Part shown: positions 10,060 through 20,137 of the stretch, in pieces
Layout: each line of letters opens with the position of its first letter
How positions within the stretch are numbered: the stretch's first letter is position 1
Source: an uncultured virus (IMG/VR IMGVR_UViG_3300025326_000019)
Lineage: Duplodnaviria > Heunggongvirae > Uroviricota > Caudoviricetes
DNA length: 64,000 nt
Reading direction: 5' to 3' (one strand)
IMG/VR virus record: IMGVR_UViG_3300025326_000019
The notes under the pieces: generated by a model
Databases searched by the model: none
Seen by the model: only the letters and a program-made list of their open reading frames with translations
What the model was told of the DNA's origin: nothing
Made by a program: the position numbers and the translations under genes

Positions 10060-10693
10060 GCGTGGAGATCTGCGCTTTCACTGGTCACGACAACCGAATG
10101 CGGAAGAAATTCGGGCGAGGATTGCCGCTACTAACAAGGCACATTCTCCGCGGTACTGGCTTGGAAGGGTTCATTCTGAGGAAACGAAGCTCAAGGTTAG
10201 CCTGACGAAAAAAGCAAGCGCAACGACGGTTCGTGGGACACGGCATCATAATTGGAAGGGCGGCGTAACATCGGAACATTCGATCGCACGTAAGAGTCTC
10301 CAATATGTAACCTGGCGCGATGCTGTGTACCGCCGTGACGGATGGCGCTGTACTGTCTGCGGTGATCGACATGATCTTGTGGCACATCATATCAAGTCTT
10401 TCTCGGAGCATCGAGAGTTGCGCTTTGATATTGCGAACGCTCAAACGCTGTGTCGGGGCTGTCATGCAAAACATCACGGCGTAGCATATATACAGCCGAA
10501 GCGAACACCTCGATCTGAAAGTGATCCGATTGCTCGCATTGAACGTAAACGTGAATCGCGGCGACAGTACTATCTGCGTAACCGTGAGCGCTGTATAGCT
10601 CGTCAGACGCAGCGCTACAAAAATGATCCAGAACGATTTCGGGCTTACGCCCGACAATATTATAAGCGCATGTCTAGCCAGCGTGTGGGGTGA
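10052..10693 (+). CDS. free-standing HNH endonuclease with a NUMOD3-like motif
   Basis: HSEETKLKVS, HHNWKGG, RDGWRCTVCG, AHHIKSF...NAQTLCRGCH. Confidence 0.85.
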   Translation: MFERGDLRFHWSRQPNAEEIRARIAATNKAHSPRYWLGRVHSEETKLKVSLTKKASATTVRGTRHHNWKGGVTSEHSIARKSLQYVTWRDAVYRRDGWRCTVCGDRHDLVAHHIKSFSEHRELRFDIANAQTLCRGCHAKHHGVAYIQPKRTPRSESDPIARIERKRESRRQYYLRNRERCIARQTQRYKNDPERFRAYARQYYKRMSSQRVG

Positions 10694-10701
10694 GCTAACA
10701 C

Positions 10702-11505
10702 ATGGCAATTACGCCTATCGCGTCGGCTACTCCAACAGGAAACCCGACGACATCGTTTACGATTACGATCCCGACGGTCCTCGTTGGCGATCTCCTGATC
10801 GTAGATGTCTTTCATGGTGGCACAGGAACGCCCACCGTCACGGATGATGATACGGGTGGCGAGACCTGGACGAAGAAGAACGAATTCGACGGGACGGCGT
10901 GCAGTCTCTCGACGTGGTACAAGAGGGCGACGTCGGCGACCTCCGCCAAGACGATTTCGGTGGGGAGTCTGACGGACTCCGGCTGCGGTGGACTCGAAGT
11001 CTATCGCGGTGTCGTGACTTCCGGGGATCCCTTCGACGGGACGCCGGTCGGCGAGTCGAACGCGTCCGGTAATGAAACCCAGGCGGAGATCACGACGCTC
11101 ACCGATGGGGCAATGGTTGTCTTGGTCGTCGGGGTGGATGTCAATAATGCGATCGACTCGCAGACGTGCACGAGTCCTGGCACGCTGACCGAATTGTGGC
11201 AGAAACTCACGACAGGTGGCGCGAACTCAGGAATCGCGCATGCGAGTGCTGTGAAAGCAACGGCCGGTGCGACGGGCGCCTTTACGTGGGCGCATACCGA
11301 TGTGCTTGGTGTGTCGGTGGCGTATGCGTTACGGCCGTCGATAGTTCTGACGGTGAATGATACGGATACGGCGACTGAATTGGTTACCGTGACCATTGGT
11401 TCGACGACGGGCATTAAAACGGTAGATGCAGTGGATAAGGCGAGTGTAAAAACGATCAATAGCCTTATTATCGCGTCCGTCAAAACGTGGGGAGGCTTAG
11501 CATGA
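10702..11505 (+). CDS. Thr/Gly-rich structural protein
   Basis: Beta-rich composition; one Asp/Val repeat unit (LTVNDTDTATELVTVTI) near the C-terminus. Confidence 0.7.
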   Translation: MAITPIASATPTGNPTTSFTITIPTVLVGDLLIVDVFHGGTGTPTVTDDDTGGETWTKKNEFDGTACSLSTWYKRATSATSAKTISVGSLTDSGCGGLEVYRGVVTSGDPFDGTPVGESNASGNETQAEITTLTDGAMVVLVVGVDVNNAIDSQTCTSPGTLTELWQKLTTGGANSGIAHASAVKATAGATGAFTWAHTDVLGVSVAYALRPSIVLTVNDTDTATELVTVTIGSTTGIKTVDAVDKASVKTINSLIIASVKTWGGLA

Positions 11506-11978
11506 GTGAGCACAAGGGAAAGAAGGTCCGGTCTCTCGTGGGCATCGCTCAGGAGGAGGCGCGTGAAATTGAGTTGGACTTTGGCACGCTGGATTACGTC
11601 ATTTCTCCGGCGAATCGGAACGGGCTTCGGCAAAAGCCGGAGGGTGGCCTTCTGGACGATGAGGATGAGCCGGGGATCGCCGCTGCCGCGAGCCGCGTGC
11701 TCATTACCCACATCGTCGAGGAACGTGCATTCGCGTCTCGGGGGCCTGGAGATCCCGGGGGTATGAAGCCGAGCGATAGGAAGATGTGGGCCGTCTGGCA
11801 GACGGCGCTGGACGGTTCGCCTGTCACGGTGAAACTGCCAAAGAATTACGTGACCTGGCTCATCCGTACAATGCGGGCGGATGATTTGAGGATTCCCGGT
11901 TCGCTTGCGCAGTGGTTCGAAACGCTGGTGTCGTATCTCGAGGATGCGGTGCTAACGAAGGAGAGCCCTACCCCATAG
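11502..11978 (+). CDS. hypothetical protein
   Basis: GGGAGG RBS; ATGA overlap. Confidence 0.65.
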   Translation: MSEHKGKKVRSLVGIAQEEAREIELDFGTLDYVISPANRNGLRQKPEGGLLDDEDEPGIAAAASRVLITHIVEERAFASRGPGDPGGMKPSDRKMWAVWQTALDGSPVTVKLPKNYVTWLIRTMRADDLRIPGSLAQWFETLVSYLEDAVLTKESPTP

Positions 11979-11985
11979 GGATGTT

Positions 11986-14900
11986 ATGGCAAGCGCATTA
12001 GTCGGTCCGGGTGGTGGCTATGTAGGTCCTGGCGGAGGACTCGTCGGGCCTGCGAGTAGCGGTGCGCTGTCGCTATCAGTGTCGGATGTCATTACCTCCA
12101 CAGAAGACGTTCTCCTCGCGCTTCCACTCGCGCTGTCTGTCTCGGATGATACGACGGTTACGGAGTTTGTCCAACTGGCGCAGCAACCCCTGCTGGTAGA
12201 CATCACTGATACGCAAGCTATAGACGAGAGTGTGCAGGTTGTCGTCGCCATGATGCCGATGGTTGCTGATGACGTAACGGTGACTGAATTCATTGCGTTG
12301 TACCTGTCGCTGGCAGTGACAGACGATATTACCGTTACGGAGTTTGTTGCGCTCACCGTCCCGATGAGTCTTACGGTGTCCGATGACGCGAGTGTGACAG
12401 ATGCGGCGGTGGTGGCACTGCCCATGGCGGTCGCGATTGCTGACGATAGTGGGGAGACGGACGCCGTTGTCGTTGCGTTCGGTCTCCCGGCGTCTGTATC
12501 CGATGACGTAAGCGCGACTGAGTCCGTTGCGGTACTGATTCCCATGGCAGTATCCGCGGTTGACGATACGCTGGGGACGGACGTCGTGGTAGAGGTGACC
12601 ACCGTTCCGTCGGATCAAGCGACTGTCCTTGACGAGGTTGGGGACAACATCGTCCCGGATGAATTCGTCTCGATTGTATTAGTGACGGCGGCCGGTCCAG
12701 TGTCGGTGTCCGTCTTTGATGATACGCAAGGGGTGGACAGTGTCACCGTTAGTCTTCCGTTGCAAGTCGTGGCGGCTGACGATGTTATAGCAACCGAGTC
12801 TGTGGTTGTTAGCCTGCCGCTGAGTGTGCTGGCGGCTGACGATGACAGTGTTACAGACGTCGTCACACTTGAGTTCTCGGTCCTCCTTCCGGACGTGTCG
12901 GATGACGATCCCGCGAGTGAGAGTGCTGTTGCGCGGATGGTCATTCCGGCATCGGTATTTGATGACGACGTGCCCGGTGAGCAGGTGACGCTGACGCTCG
13001 GCGTCGTGCTCGTGACGGTGAGTGACGATGACAGCGGAGTTGAACAGGTAGACGTTGCGGTGCCGATGGAGGCGGTGGTCTCTGAAGACAGTATTGCATC
13101 AGAAGATGTCATCATTGCGATCTCGCCGAGTCCGTTTGTCTTTGATGATGATGTCGTCGCAGATGTGATGGCTGTCAATCTGATCATTCCAGTCCTGGCT
13201 GTGGAGGATGTGTCTGAAACCGATCTCGTGATTGTGCAGACCGAAGCTGGCGTGCTGGCTGTTGATACGGTGTCGATCACGGAATCTGTTGAGATTGTAA
13301 TGCAGCCGTTGCTGGCAACGGTGTCCGATGACGACGCGGCATCTGAAGAGGTCGTTGTTCAGGTGTCGATGGTTGTGGTCGTCGATGAGACGACCGTTAC
13401 GGGCGAACTGGTTGCGCTGACGCTGAACCCCGTCCTGGTGGCGGTGAGCGATGACACCGTTACGGATGAGGCGGTGACAGTTAGTCTGACGCCGCCAGTC
13501 TTTGTCGCCGATGATGTCACGGCGACTGATGTTGTCACTATTGCTCTCATAGTTCCTGTGTCGGTATTCGATGATGTCAATGAAACAGATGACGTTGTCA
13601 TGGCACCGGTTATTGCCATTGTGATTGCAGAAGATGACGTGGCCACGGAATCGCTCACGATTCAGACGGTCAGCGGTGTGGTGGTATCGGACGATGATCT
13701 CGCAATGGAGTTTGTTGACATTGCGATGCAGCCGCTGTTGGTCTCTGTCGAGGATGACGGGCTCGAGACCGAGGTGGCCACGGTGGCTGTTGCAATGCAG
13801 GCGGGCGTATCGGATGACATGAGTGCCACGGAAGATGTAACCGCGACCCTGAACCCAGTTCTGGTGTCGGTGAGCGACGATGAGAGCGGAGTGGATGTCG
13901 TCGCGGTGGCTCTCCTTGTGCCGGTCACGGTTGACGATATCGCGACCGCTGTGGACGCCGTTCTGGTGTCGATGGTTCTGCAGCTCAGCGTTAGTGATGA
14001 CGATGTTGTCACCGAGTCGGTTGCGCTTGACCTGAATCCGATCCTCATTGACGTGGCGGATGATGATACGGCGACAGATATTGTTGCTGTCAGTGCGAAT
14101 CCGATCGTTATTGTCTCGGATGACGATGTAGTTCAGGAAGCGGTGTCTTTAGTCCTGAATCCGCTACTGGTCGTGACGGATGATACGGGTACTGGGACAG
14201 AGTCAGCCACTGTTAGCCTGCCGATGCAAGTGGTGGTGGCCGAGGTCGATGGTGCGGTGGAAGACGTGACGCTGTCGGTGTCGGCTGTTGCTGGTGTGCC
14301 GGTATCAGTGTTTGACGATGAGAGTGCCATTGACGTCGTAACGGTGGCGCTCCCACTCTTGCTGTCGGTGTCCGATGATGACACGGCTGCGGACGTGGTT
14401 CAGGTGACGGTGTCGATTGATGTTCAAGCGAGTGACGATCTTACGCCCAGTGAGGTTGTCGAAGTTGTGTTCGGGGCAGTGTCCGGTGTCGCGGTGCTGG
14501 TTGCGGATCCTGTCACGTCGAGTGACGTGGGTACCGTGGCACTGCCGCTCGTTCTCACGGTTGAGGATATGGTTCTGACTGCGGATGCCGTCAGTGTGGC
14601 TGTGCCCCTTGGGGTACATGCTGACGATGATCTTGTTCCGATAGACTTCACCAGTTCGTCGATTCCCATCGGCGTGACGGCGTCGGATCTGCAGCCGGTG
14701 ATTGACGGTGTTAGCTTGCTGTTGAATCCATACCTTGTGTTCGTAGCGGATGCGTCGCTAGTATCGGAACACATTACACTCGGTCTTTCTCAGGTCGGAG
14801 TCTCGGCTGATGTGTTCGATACGAGGAGCGTGGGAGAGCGGGCGCGGGCACAGAGCCGAAAGTTCCATTCTCTTCGGTTCATTCATGTCGGTACACATCC

Positions 14901-14994
14901 GGTGACGGGCATCAGTACAAGTGTTCGTGTAGCGTCTGGTGTGACTGTAGCCGTGAGATCACCTGGATCTCGTGATGAGGAGACGATCCTATGA
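11986..14994 (+). CDS. 1002-aa acidic Asp/Val-rich tandem-repeat protein
   Basis: Dozens of ~19-22-aa units V.V.DD...(T/S)(E/D).V.V.L; basic C-terminal tail. Confidence 0.85.
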   Translation: MASALVGPGGGYVGPGGGLVGPASSGALSLSVSDVITSTEDVLLALPLALSVSDDTTVTEFVQLAQQPLLVDITDTQAIDESVQVVVAMMPMVADDVTVTEFIALYLSLAVTDDITVTEFVALTVPMSLTVSDDASVTDAAVVALPMAVAIADDSGETDAVVVAFGLPASVSDDVSATESVAVLIPMAVSAVDDTLGTDVVVEVTTVPSDQATVLDEVGDNIVPDEFVSIVLVTAAGPVSVSVFDDTQGVDSVTVSLPLQVVAADDVIATESVVVSLPLSVLAADDDSVTDVVTLEFSVLLPDVSDDDPASESAVARMVIPASVFDDDVPGEQVTLTLGVVLVTVSDDDSGVEQVDVAVPMEAVVSEDSIASEDVIIAISPSPFVFDDDVVADVMAVNLIIPVLAVEDVSETDLVIVQTEAGVLAVDTVSITESVEIVMQPLLATVSDDDAASEEVVVQVSMVVVVDETTVTGELVALTLNPVLVAVSDDTVTDEAVTVSLTPPVFVADDVTATDVVTIALIVPVSVFDDVNETDDVVMAPVIAIVIAEDDVATESLTIQTVSGVVVSDDDLAMEFVDIAMQPLLVSVEDDGLETEVATVAVAMQAGVSDDMSATEDVTATLNPVLVSVSDDESGVDVVAVALLVPVTVDDIATAVDAVLVSMVLQLSVSDDDVVTESVALDLNPILIDVADDDTATDIVAVSANPIVIVSDDDVVQEAVSLVLNPLLVVTDDTGTGTESATVSLPMQVVVAEVDGAVEDVTLSVSAVAGVPVSVFDDESAIDVVTVALPLLLSVSDDDTAADVVQVTVSIDVQASDDLTPSEVVEVVFGAVSGVAVLVADPVTSSDVGTVALPLVLTVEDMVLTADAVSVAVPLGVHADDDLVPIDFTSSSIPIGVTASDLQPVIDGVSLLLNPYLVFVADASLVSEHITLGLSQVGVSADVFDTRSVGERARAQSRKFHSLRFIHVGTHPVTGISTSVRVASGVTVAVRSPGSRDEETIL

Positions 14995-15374
14995 GGCATG
15001 GCATTGACGTTACGGTCACGACGCTGGACGAGGGAACGACACCGGAACTGACTGCGACGCTGGTGGACTTGGCGCAGGTGCCAGTGCCTGGATCAGCGCT
15101 GGATACGCTTGCTCTCACGTATTACCAAGAATACACGTTGGCGATCATCAATAGTCGAGACATGCAGGACGTGCTGCAGACGAACGGGGTGACGGTGGAT
15201 GAAGATGGTGTACTGCTATGGAAGATGACGGTCCTCGATACCGTGATTCTCAATGATGCGCTCGAGACGGAGCCGCATATCGCGCATTTCGCGTTTTCCT
15301 ATACCGATGCTGGGGATACGAAGGTCGGGAGTATGACCATTCGGATTCCTATTGCGAATATTTTGCGAGATTAG
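14991..15374 (+). CDS. small Ig-like (BppU N-terminal-like) virion protein
   Basis: EGTTPELTATLVD start and beta-strand pattern; ATGA overlap. Confidence 0.5.
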   Translation: MRHGIDVTVTTLDEGTTPELTATLVDLAQVPVPGSALDTLALTYYQEYTLAIINSRDMQDVLQTNGVTVDEDGVLLWKMTVLDTVILNDALETEPHIAHFAFSYTDAGDTKVGSMTIRIPIANILRD

Positions 15375-15377
15375 TTC

Positions 15378-18134
15378 GTGCCGATGGATACGCTTCTAAA
15401 GGGAACACGAGCATCGCAACAAGTATGCTTGCGATTTGTTATCCGTGATCCGCTCGCGTTTCGCGAGTACTGGGTGCCCCAGGTCTCGAAGCTCCGGTAC
15501 TGGGGACGGTATACCTTTGCGGTGCCGATCGCGGCATTGGATGATGGTGATACGCTTGTGCGGGCCGGGAGGGCAGGCGGGAAGTCGTACGCAATAATCC
15601 AGCCAGAACTTGTCCGCCATGCAATGAATCATCCTGGAGAGGAAACACTCCTGACGTCCCTGCGTTTTCTGCATATTATGGATCGCATGGAGCGCGTGAT
15701 TGACTATTTCAACTTGCCGTTTTTTAAGTTGTTCGTGAAGCGTATTATCCGGTCTCCGTATTCCATAGAACTCCGGACGGGGCATATCATTTACGGCCAA
15801 AGCGTTGGAGAAGATTACGATGCGCGCATGATTCAAGGCAAGCATGCATCGCTGCTCATCGTCGAAGAAGCGCAACAGTATCCCGAACGTGCCTGGATTA
15901 AGATACAGGGCGCGAAGGATCCTCGAGGATCGAGGACGCTCATGGTTGGTGTGCCTGATGGGCGACTGGATACGCCATTCCGAAAGGCAGATTCGATCAT
16001 TCAAAGTTTTGCTGATCGACGTTTCGAGATTTCGAGACGTCACGATCCGTTCTTTGATCAACGAACGAAGCGCGATCTTGCGGACAATCTTGACGGGGAA
16101 GATTCCGACATGTTCATTCAGGAGATCGACGCGAAGTGGGGGCATCCCGTGTGGTCCGCGTGGGATCTGGATGCGATCTACAAGTGCCGGGAATCGGCGT
16201 TGAGTCCAGAGTTCTTCGTCATATCCGGTAAGTTATATAAGCAAGCCGGGTTGACGCCATCAGGTGCATGTGGAGATCTTCCGCCGTGTCCGTATGACGG
16301 GAGAGTTCGGCTGGCTATGGACGTCGGGTACTCGCAGCCATCAGAGATACTCGCGTTTGTGTTCTGGGCCAGCCGGTGGCAGTTATTCACACGCGTGCGG
16401 CTTATCAATCGTATGGAGCACACAGATCAGGCGGATATCCTGCATGAGATCGGGAGAAAGTATGGAGCGGATTACATTGGGATTGACACGACAGAGGGTG
16501 AAGGTCGTGCAATTGCGCAAGACATGGAAAGCAAATACGGGTGGGGTGAACGTATTATTCGTGTCGCATTCACGGAAACTCTGCTTTCTGGATGGACGGC
16601 TGGGTCGGTGGACGCTGAGCCAGAAGAAGTCTGGGAACATGCGAAGTCCATCGGGACACGGACCTTGCGTACGATGTTTTCGAAGAGGAACATCGCGATC
16701 TCGCATGATGAAAGCATTCCGACGGAATTCAATCGGGAGCGCGAGGTAAGGAACCAAGACGGGACAACACGTGTGATTACCCCCTTTGACGTGCATTGTG
16801 TTCGTCCAGATCAATGTGTAACGACTCGGCGAGGTCATATTCCTATCGCCAATATTGTAGTTGGTGATGAGGTCCTGACGCATCGGGGGCGGTGGTGTCG
16901 AGTACGTACTGTCTTATCAAGGCCATATGAAGGCGAAATGATTGGATTGAGGGCTGGATGTAATAATCATGCGTGGGTAACGCCAGAACATCCAGTTCTT
17001 GTGCTGAGAAGAAAGAAAGACTGGTGGACATCTACGAAAACATGTCAGCGCCATTACAAGATTAATCGTAAGGCTAAGCTGGGTCAGCCTGAATGGATTG
17101 TAGCCGGTAATGTAGAAGCTGGTGATTTGATACAAATGGTAGCGGACCATACGAATTACGAGGATCGTGTACCTATACTGCAGATCCTTGATGAATTAGG
17201 TAAGCCTTATGGGCGTCAGTGTGTGTCGAGGCGCGAATATAGGACGAATGTTACACATGTAGTTCCTGCCAAGGTTGAAGTAGATGAGGACCTCGCATAC
17301 GTTATGGGCTTGTATCTAGCAGAAGGTTCGGTAGAGCGACAACCGAATGGAAATATTCGTACCTTTTCTTTTGGTTTTCATCAAAAAGAAATTGCATATA
17401 TTGAGTGTGTACAGCGTGTGATGCGAGAGAAGTTTGGTCTTCCGTCATCAACTCGGAATGCACCAGGACTCGGTATGCAAGTTGACGTACATTCAGCTGC
17501 GGTAGGAGAAGCATTTGCGAGGGCCTTTGGTGTGCTGTCCGCCAATATAGGTCCACCTCGTTGGCTCCTTGAGGCTCCACGCCAAATAGTTGCGGCGTGG
17601 ATTCGTGGATTATTCCAGGGTGATGGATCTAGGTGCACTAGAAATAAAACACCATACTGGAGACTACATACGATCTCGCACAATATGGCTTTGTTAACTG
17701 TAGACGCACTGCGTAGTCTGGGATTTCGGGCCATGGCTGGACTCTACGATAATAGTGTGCGTGGAAAATTCAATAGACAAGACGCGTGGACTCTCAATGT
17801 GTCAACTGATGTAGCGCCGTTCGATGATTTCATGCGCACTGGTGTTCTGCCACTTCCATGGACATGGAATGAGTGGACGGTTGTACGGCAACCTATTGCG
17901 AGACAGCGGTATTCAGGACTCGTGTATAACCTCGAAGTTGAACACGATGAAACATTCACGGTGAGTGGAATAACTGTTCATAATTGCACTGATGCCTTCC
18001 GTGTCTTTGCTGTCATGGAATTCCTGGAGACGCCCCTGATACCGCCCGATGCAACGGAAGGCGGTGTGTTTGTGGAGTTGGAACATGGGGATCGTCCAAG
18101 CCCATGGGCGCCGGTGACGGCGTATCCATTTTAG
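15378..18134 (+). CDS. terL: terminase large subunit containing an intein (about 522 aa after splicing)
   Basis: Walker A RAGRAGGKS, Walker B-like LLIVEEAQ, RNase H-like nuclease LAMDVG / IGIDTT / DVH-CTDA; directly upstream of the portal. Confidence 0.9.
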   Translation: MPMDTLLKGTRASQQVCLRFVIRDPLAFREYWVPQVSKLRYWGRYTFAVPIAALDDGDTLVRAGRAGGKSYAIIQPELVRHAMNHPGEETLLTSLRFLHIMDRMERVIDYFNLPFFKLFVKRIIRSPYSIELRTGHIIYGQSVGEDYDARMIQGKHASLLIVEEAQQYPERAWIKIQGAKDPRGSRTLMVGVPDGRLDTPFRKADSIIQSFADRRFEISRRHDPFFDQRTKRDLADNLDGEDSDMFIQEIDAKWGHPVWSAWDLDAIYKCRESALSPEFFVISGKLYKQAGLTPSGACGDLPPCPYDGRVRLAMDVGYSQPSEILAFVFWASRWQLFTRVRLINRMEHTDQADILHEIGRKYGADYIGIDTTEGEGRAIAQDMESKYGWGERIIRVAFTETLLSGWTAGSVDAEPEEVWEHAKSIGTRTLRTMFSKRNIAISHDESIPTEFNREREVRNQDGTTRVITPFDVHCVRPDQCVTTRRGHIPIANIVVGDEVLTHRGRWCRVRTVLSRPYEGEMIGLRAGCNNHAWVTPEHPVLVLRRKKDWWTSTKTCQRHYKINRKAKLGQPEWIVAGNVEAGDLIQMVADHTNYEDRVPILQILDELGKPYGRQCVSRREYRTNVTHVVPAKVEVDEDLAYVMGLYLAEGSVERQPNGNIRTFSFGFHQKEIAYIECVQRVMREKFGLPSSTRNAPGLGMQVDVHSAAVGEAFARAFGVLSANIGPPRWLLEAPRQIVAAWIRGLFQGDGSRCTRNKTPYWRLHTISHNMALLTVDALRSLGFRAMAGLYDNSVRGKFNRQDAWTLNVSTDVAPFDDFMRTGVLPLPWTWNEWTVVRQPIARQRYSGLVYNLEVEHDETFTVSGITVHNCTDAFRVFAVMEFLETPLIPPDATEGGVFVELEHGDRPSPWAPVTAYPF
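16797..17984 (+). mobile_element. intein with a LAGLIDADG homing endonuclease domain (396 aa)
   Basis: Starts CVRPDQ; block B VTPEHP; GLYLAEGS and RGLFQGDGS; ends VYNLEV...TVHN followed by Cys+1. Confidence 0.95.
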
Positions 18135-18155
18135 CAGTCAGGAGCGAGGACGATC

Positions 18156-19964
18156 ATGGCCAGAGCCCCGGCGAATGAATTGGCAACGTTGTACGCGGAT
18201 ATCGCGCCGCAGCGACAGGCGGATCTACTGGCGCAGCGGGATGATACCCTAATGCGGTTGCAGGCCTCAAGCCGACCTGACATGGCCGGCAACCCGATGA
18301 ATCTGACGTTCGTGCCGCAGACCTACCAACAGCGTGTCCTGCGTATGTGGGACGCCTATGGGTCGGACCCACTCTTCAAACGTTTGATCGACCGCACGGT
18401 TGAGTTTTGCGCCAATGGGTCACAGTGGGAACTGCCGGCGGATTCCAAAGGCGTATCGTGGCTGGAACAGTTGAAGAAAAAGGATTCCCCGCGAAATGAT
18501 CGCCTGGAGCGCGAGGAAGATTTCTGGAACGAGTGGGCGGCGCAGATTAATACTGGCGTGCCGAACGTGCTTCCCGGTCTGGATCAGATTGTTGCGTGGG
18601 CGACCCGGCACATGCTGCTCTCTGGCATGTTCGTGCCGCACTGGCAACTCGGGATGATGGCCTTCGGCAAGCAGACGTATCTTGTGCCGAAGGCGATCAC
18701 GTGTTATCCGGCATCGTCCATTACGCTCCGGCGAGAGAACTCGCTCTTCATGAACGAAAACATTCTCTACTTTAAGCCGGTCAACTATGCGACGACGATG
18801 CAGGAAGGGCAATTTATTGAAGCACCGACGTACATGCCACATGTCGGAGTGCCGGCGAATATGGTGACGATTCCGCCGATGAGTGCGAAGGCGAGAGACG
18901 GAGATACCGAAGGATATTGCGTGAAATTTGCCTGGAGCCCTGGCGACATTGTGAGTATTCGGCGTGGCATGGTGACGACGATGGGGCATGGCGTGTATCC
19001 GTTGCCGCCGTTTATTACGCTCCTGCCGCAATTCATTATCCGCCAAAAGATGTTCCACGCTGATATTTCGCTGCTCGATGGCATCATAAACTACGTAATG
19101 GTGTTTAAAGTAGGCGACAAGGATCATCCTCCGAGGTCTCCGTCGAAAGATGCGAAGGGTAATGAAATTCCCGGTACGATTGCGACGGTACGCAAGTTGA
19201 TCCAGGATGGGCGTGTGGGTCCGGCCATGGAACTCTTTTTACCATATTACGTAGATCTCATCATCAAGCAGCCGGATCCGCAAACATTGCTCTCGGATCA
19301 GAAATACGGTTCGAGTGCGAGTGAAATCATGGGGGCCTTTGGCATTTTTTGGCCCCGGACAACATCGGGCTCACGCGAGCGCTTTGACAAGTTCAACGTG
19401 AGCGGATTCGAAGAATTCCTGAACGGTATTCGGCAACAGGTGAAATCATTCCTGCACATGCTGGCGCAGCACATCATGGATATCAATCACGGCAAACTCA
19501 GCGTGCGTCCGCAATGGTCGCCCAACCCTCTGAATACGAAGTCCGAGGCGTTCATGCAGGAGCTCCTCAAATTGAAGCAGATGGGCAGTATTTCACTCCG
19601 CACGTTGCTGCGCCATCACACCTTGGATGACGACGTGGAACTCCGGCGCATCGCGCAGGAGATTAGCCTTGACGTAGACGACCTGACAAACGAGAATGTA
19701 CCGCTGACATTCGTACAACAGACTGTCGACCCTGGGGCTGGAGAGGAGTTGGGTGTACCGGACGCAAGGCAGCCGAAAGGCGGTACCTATATGCCGAAGG
19801 CTCCCGGGAAGCCGAAGCCGGCGTCAGGTCCTAGCCGACAGCAGAACGCGCTACCTCCGACGAAGCAACCCGGTCGACCGCCTGGGGTCACCGGGAAGCC
19901 GCGGAGCGATAAGGGGACGGGGTATCAACCCGATGGCGGCGAGCGGACGCCGGAGAGGACATGA
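18156..19964 (+). CDS. portal protein (putative)
   Basis: 602 aa immediately after terL; helical core with a Pro/Lys-rich disordered tail (PGRPPG). Confidence 0.75.
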   Translation: MARAPANELATLYADIAPQRQADLLAQRDDTLMRLQASSRPDMAGNPMNLTFVPQTYQQRVLRMWDAYGSDPLFKRLIDRTVEFCANGSQWELPADSKGVSWLEQLKKKDSPRNDRLEREEDFWNEWAAQINTGVPNVLPGLDQIVAWATRHMLLSGMFVPHWQLGMMAFGKQTYLVPKAITCYPASSITLRRENSLFMNENILYFKPVNYATTMQEGQFIEAPTYMPHVGVPANMVTIPPMSAKARDGDTEGYCVKFAWSPGDIVSIRRGMVTTMGHGVYPLPPFITLLPQFIIRQKMFHADISLLDGIINYVMVFKVGDKDHPPRSPSKDAKGNEIPGTIATVRKLIQDGRVGPAMELFLPYYVDLIIKQPDPQTLLSDQKYGSSASEIMGAFGIFWPRTTSGSRERFDKFNVSGFEEFLNGIRQQVKSFLHMLAQHIMDINHGKLSVRPQWSPNPLNTKSEAFMQELLKLKQMGSISLRTLLRHHTLDDDVELRRIAQEISLDVDDLTNENVPLTFVQQTVDPGAGEELGVPDARQPKGGTYMPKAPGKPKPASGPSRQQNALPPTKQPGRPPGVTGKPRSDKGTGYQPDGGERTPERT

Positions 19965-20137
19965 AGGAGACACCCCGGATGGTGGAGATTGCTGCGCGGG
20001 TTGTCCGTGCCCTTGACGCGGTGCGGGATAAGTTACCAGATCGCGATGATATTGTGAAAGAATTCCACCGTCGTTCTATGGAGGACATTGTGTACTTGCT
20101 CGGTAAGCTCGGTGTTGTCGTGCGACCTAAGACATGA
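19961..20137 (+). CDS. 58-aa hypothetical protein (not in the ORF track)
   Basis: MKETPRMVEIAARV...VRPKT*; ATGA overlaps at both ends; flanked by a 14-bp direct repeat. Confidence 0.6.
   Translation: MKETPRMVEIAARVVRALDAVRDKLPDRDDIVKEFHRRSMEDIVYLLGKLGVVVRPKT

Noticed and set aside
12018..14774. Multiple minus-strand Thr/Ser-rich ORFs
   Set aside because: They are antisense shadows of the Val/Asp repeat gene; no convincing minus-strand gene was seen anywhere in the window
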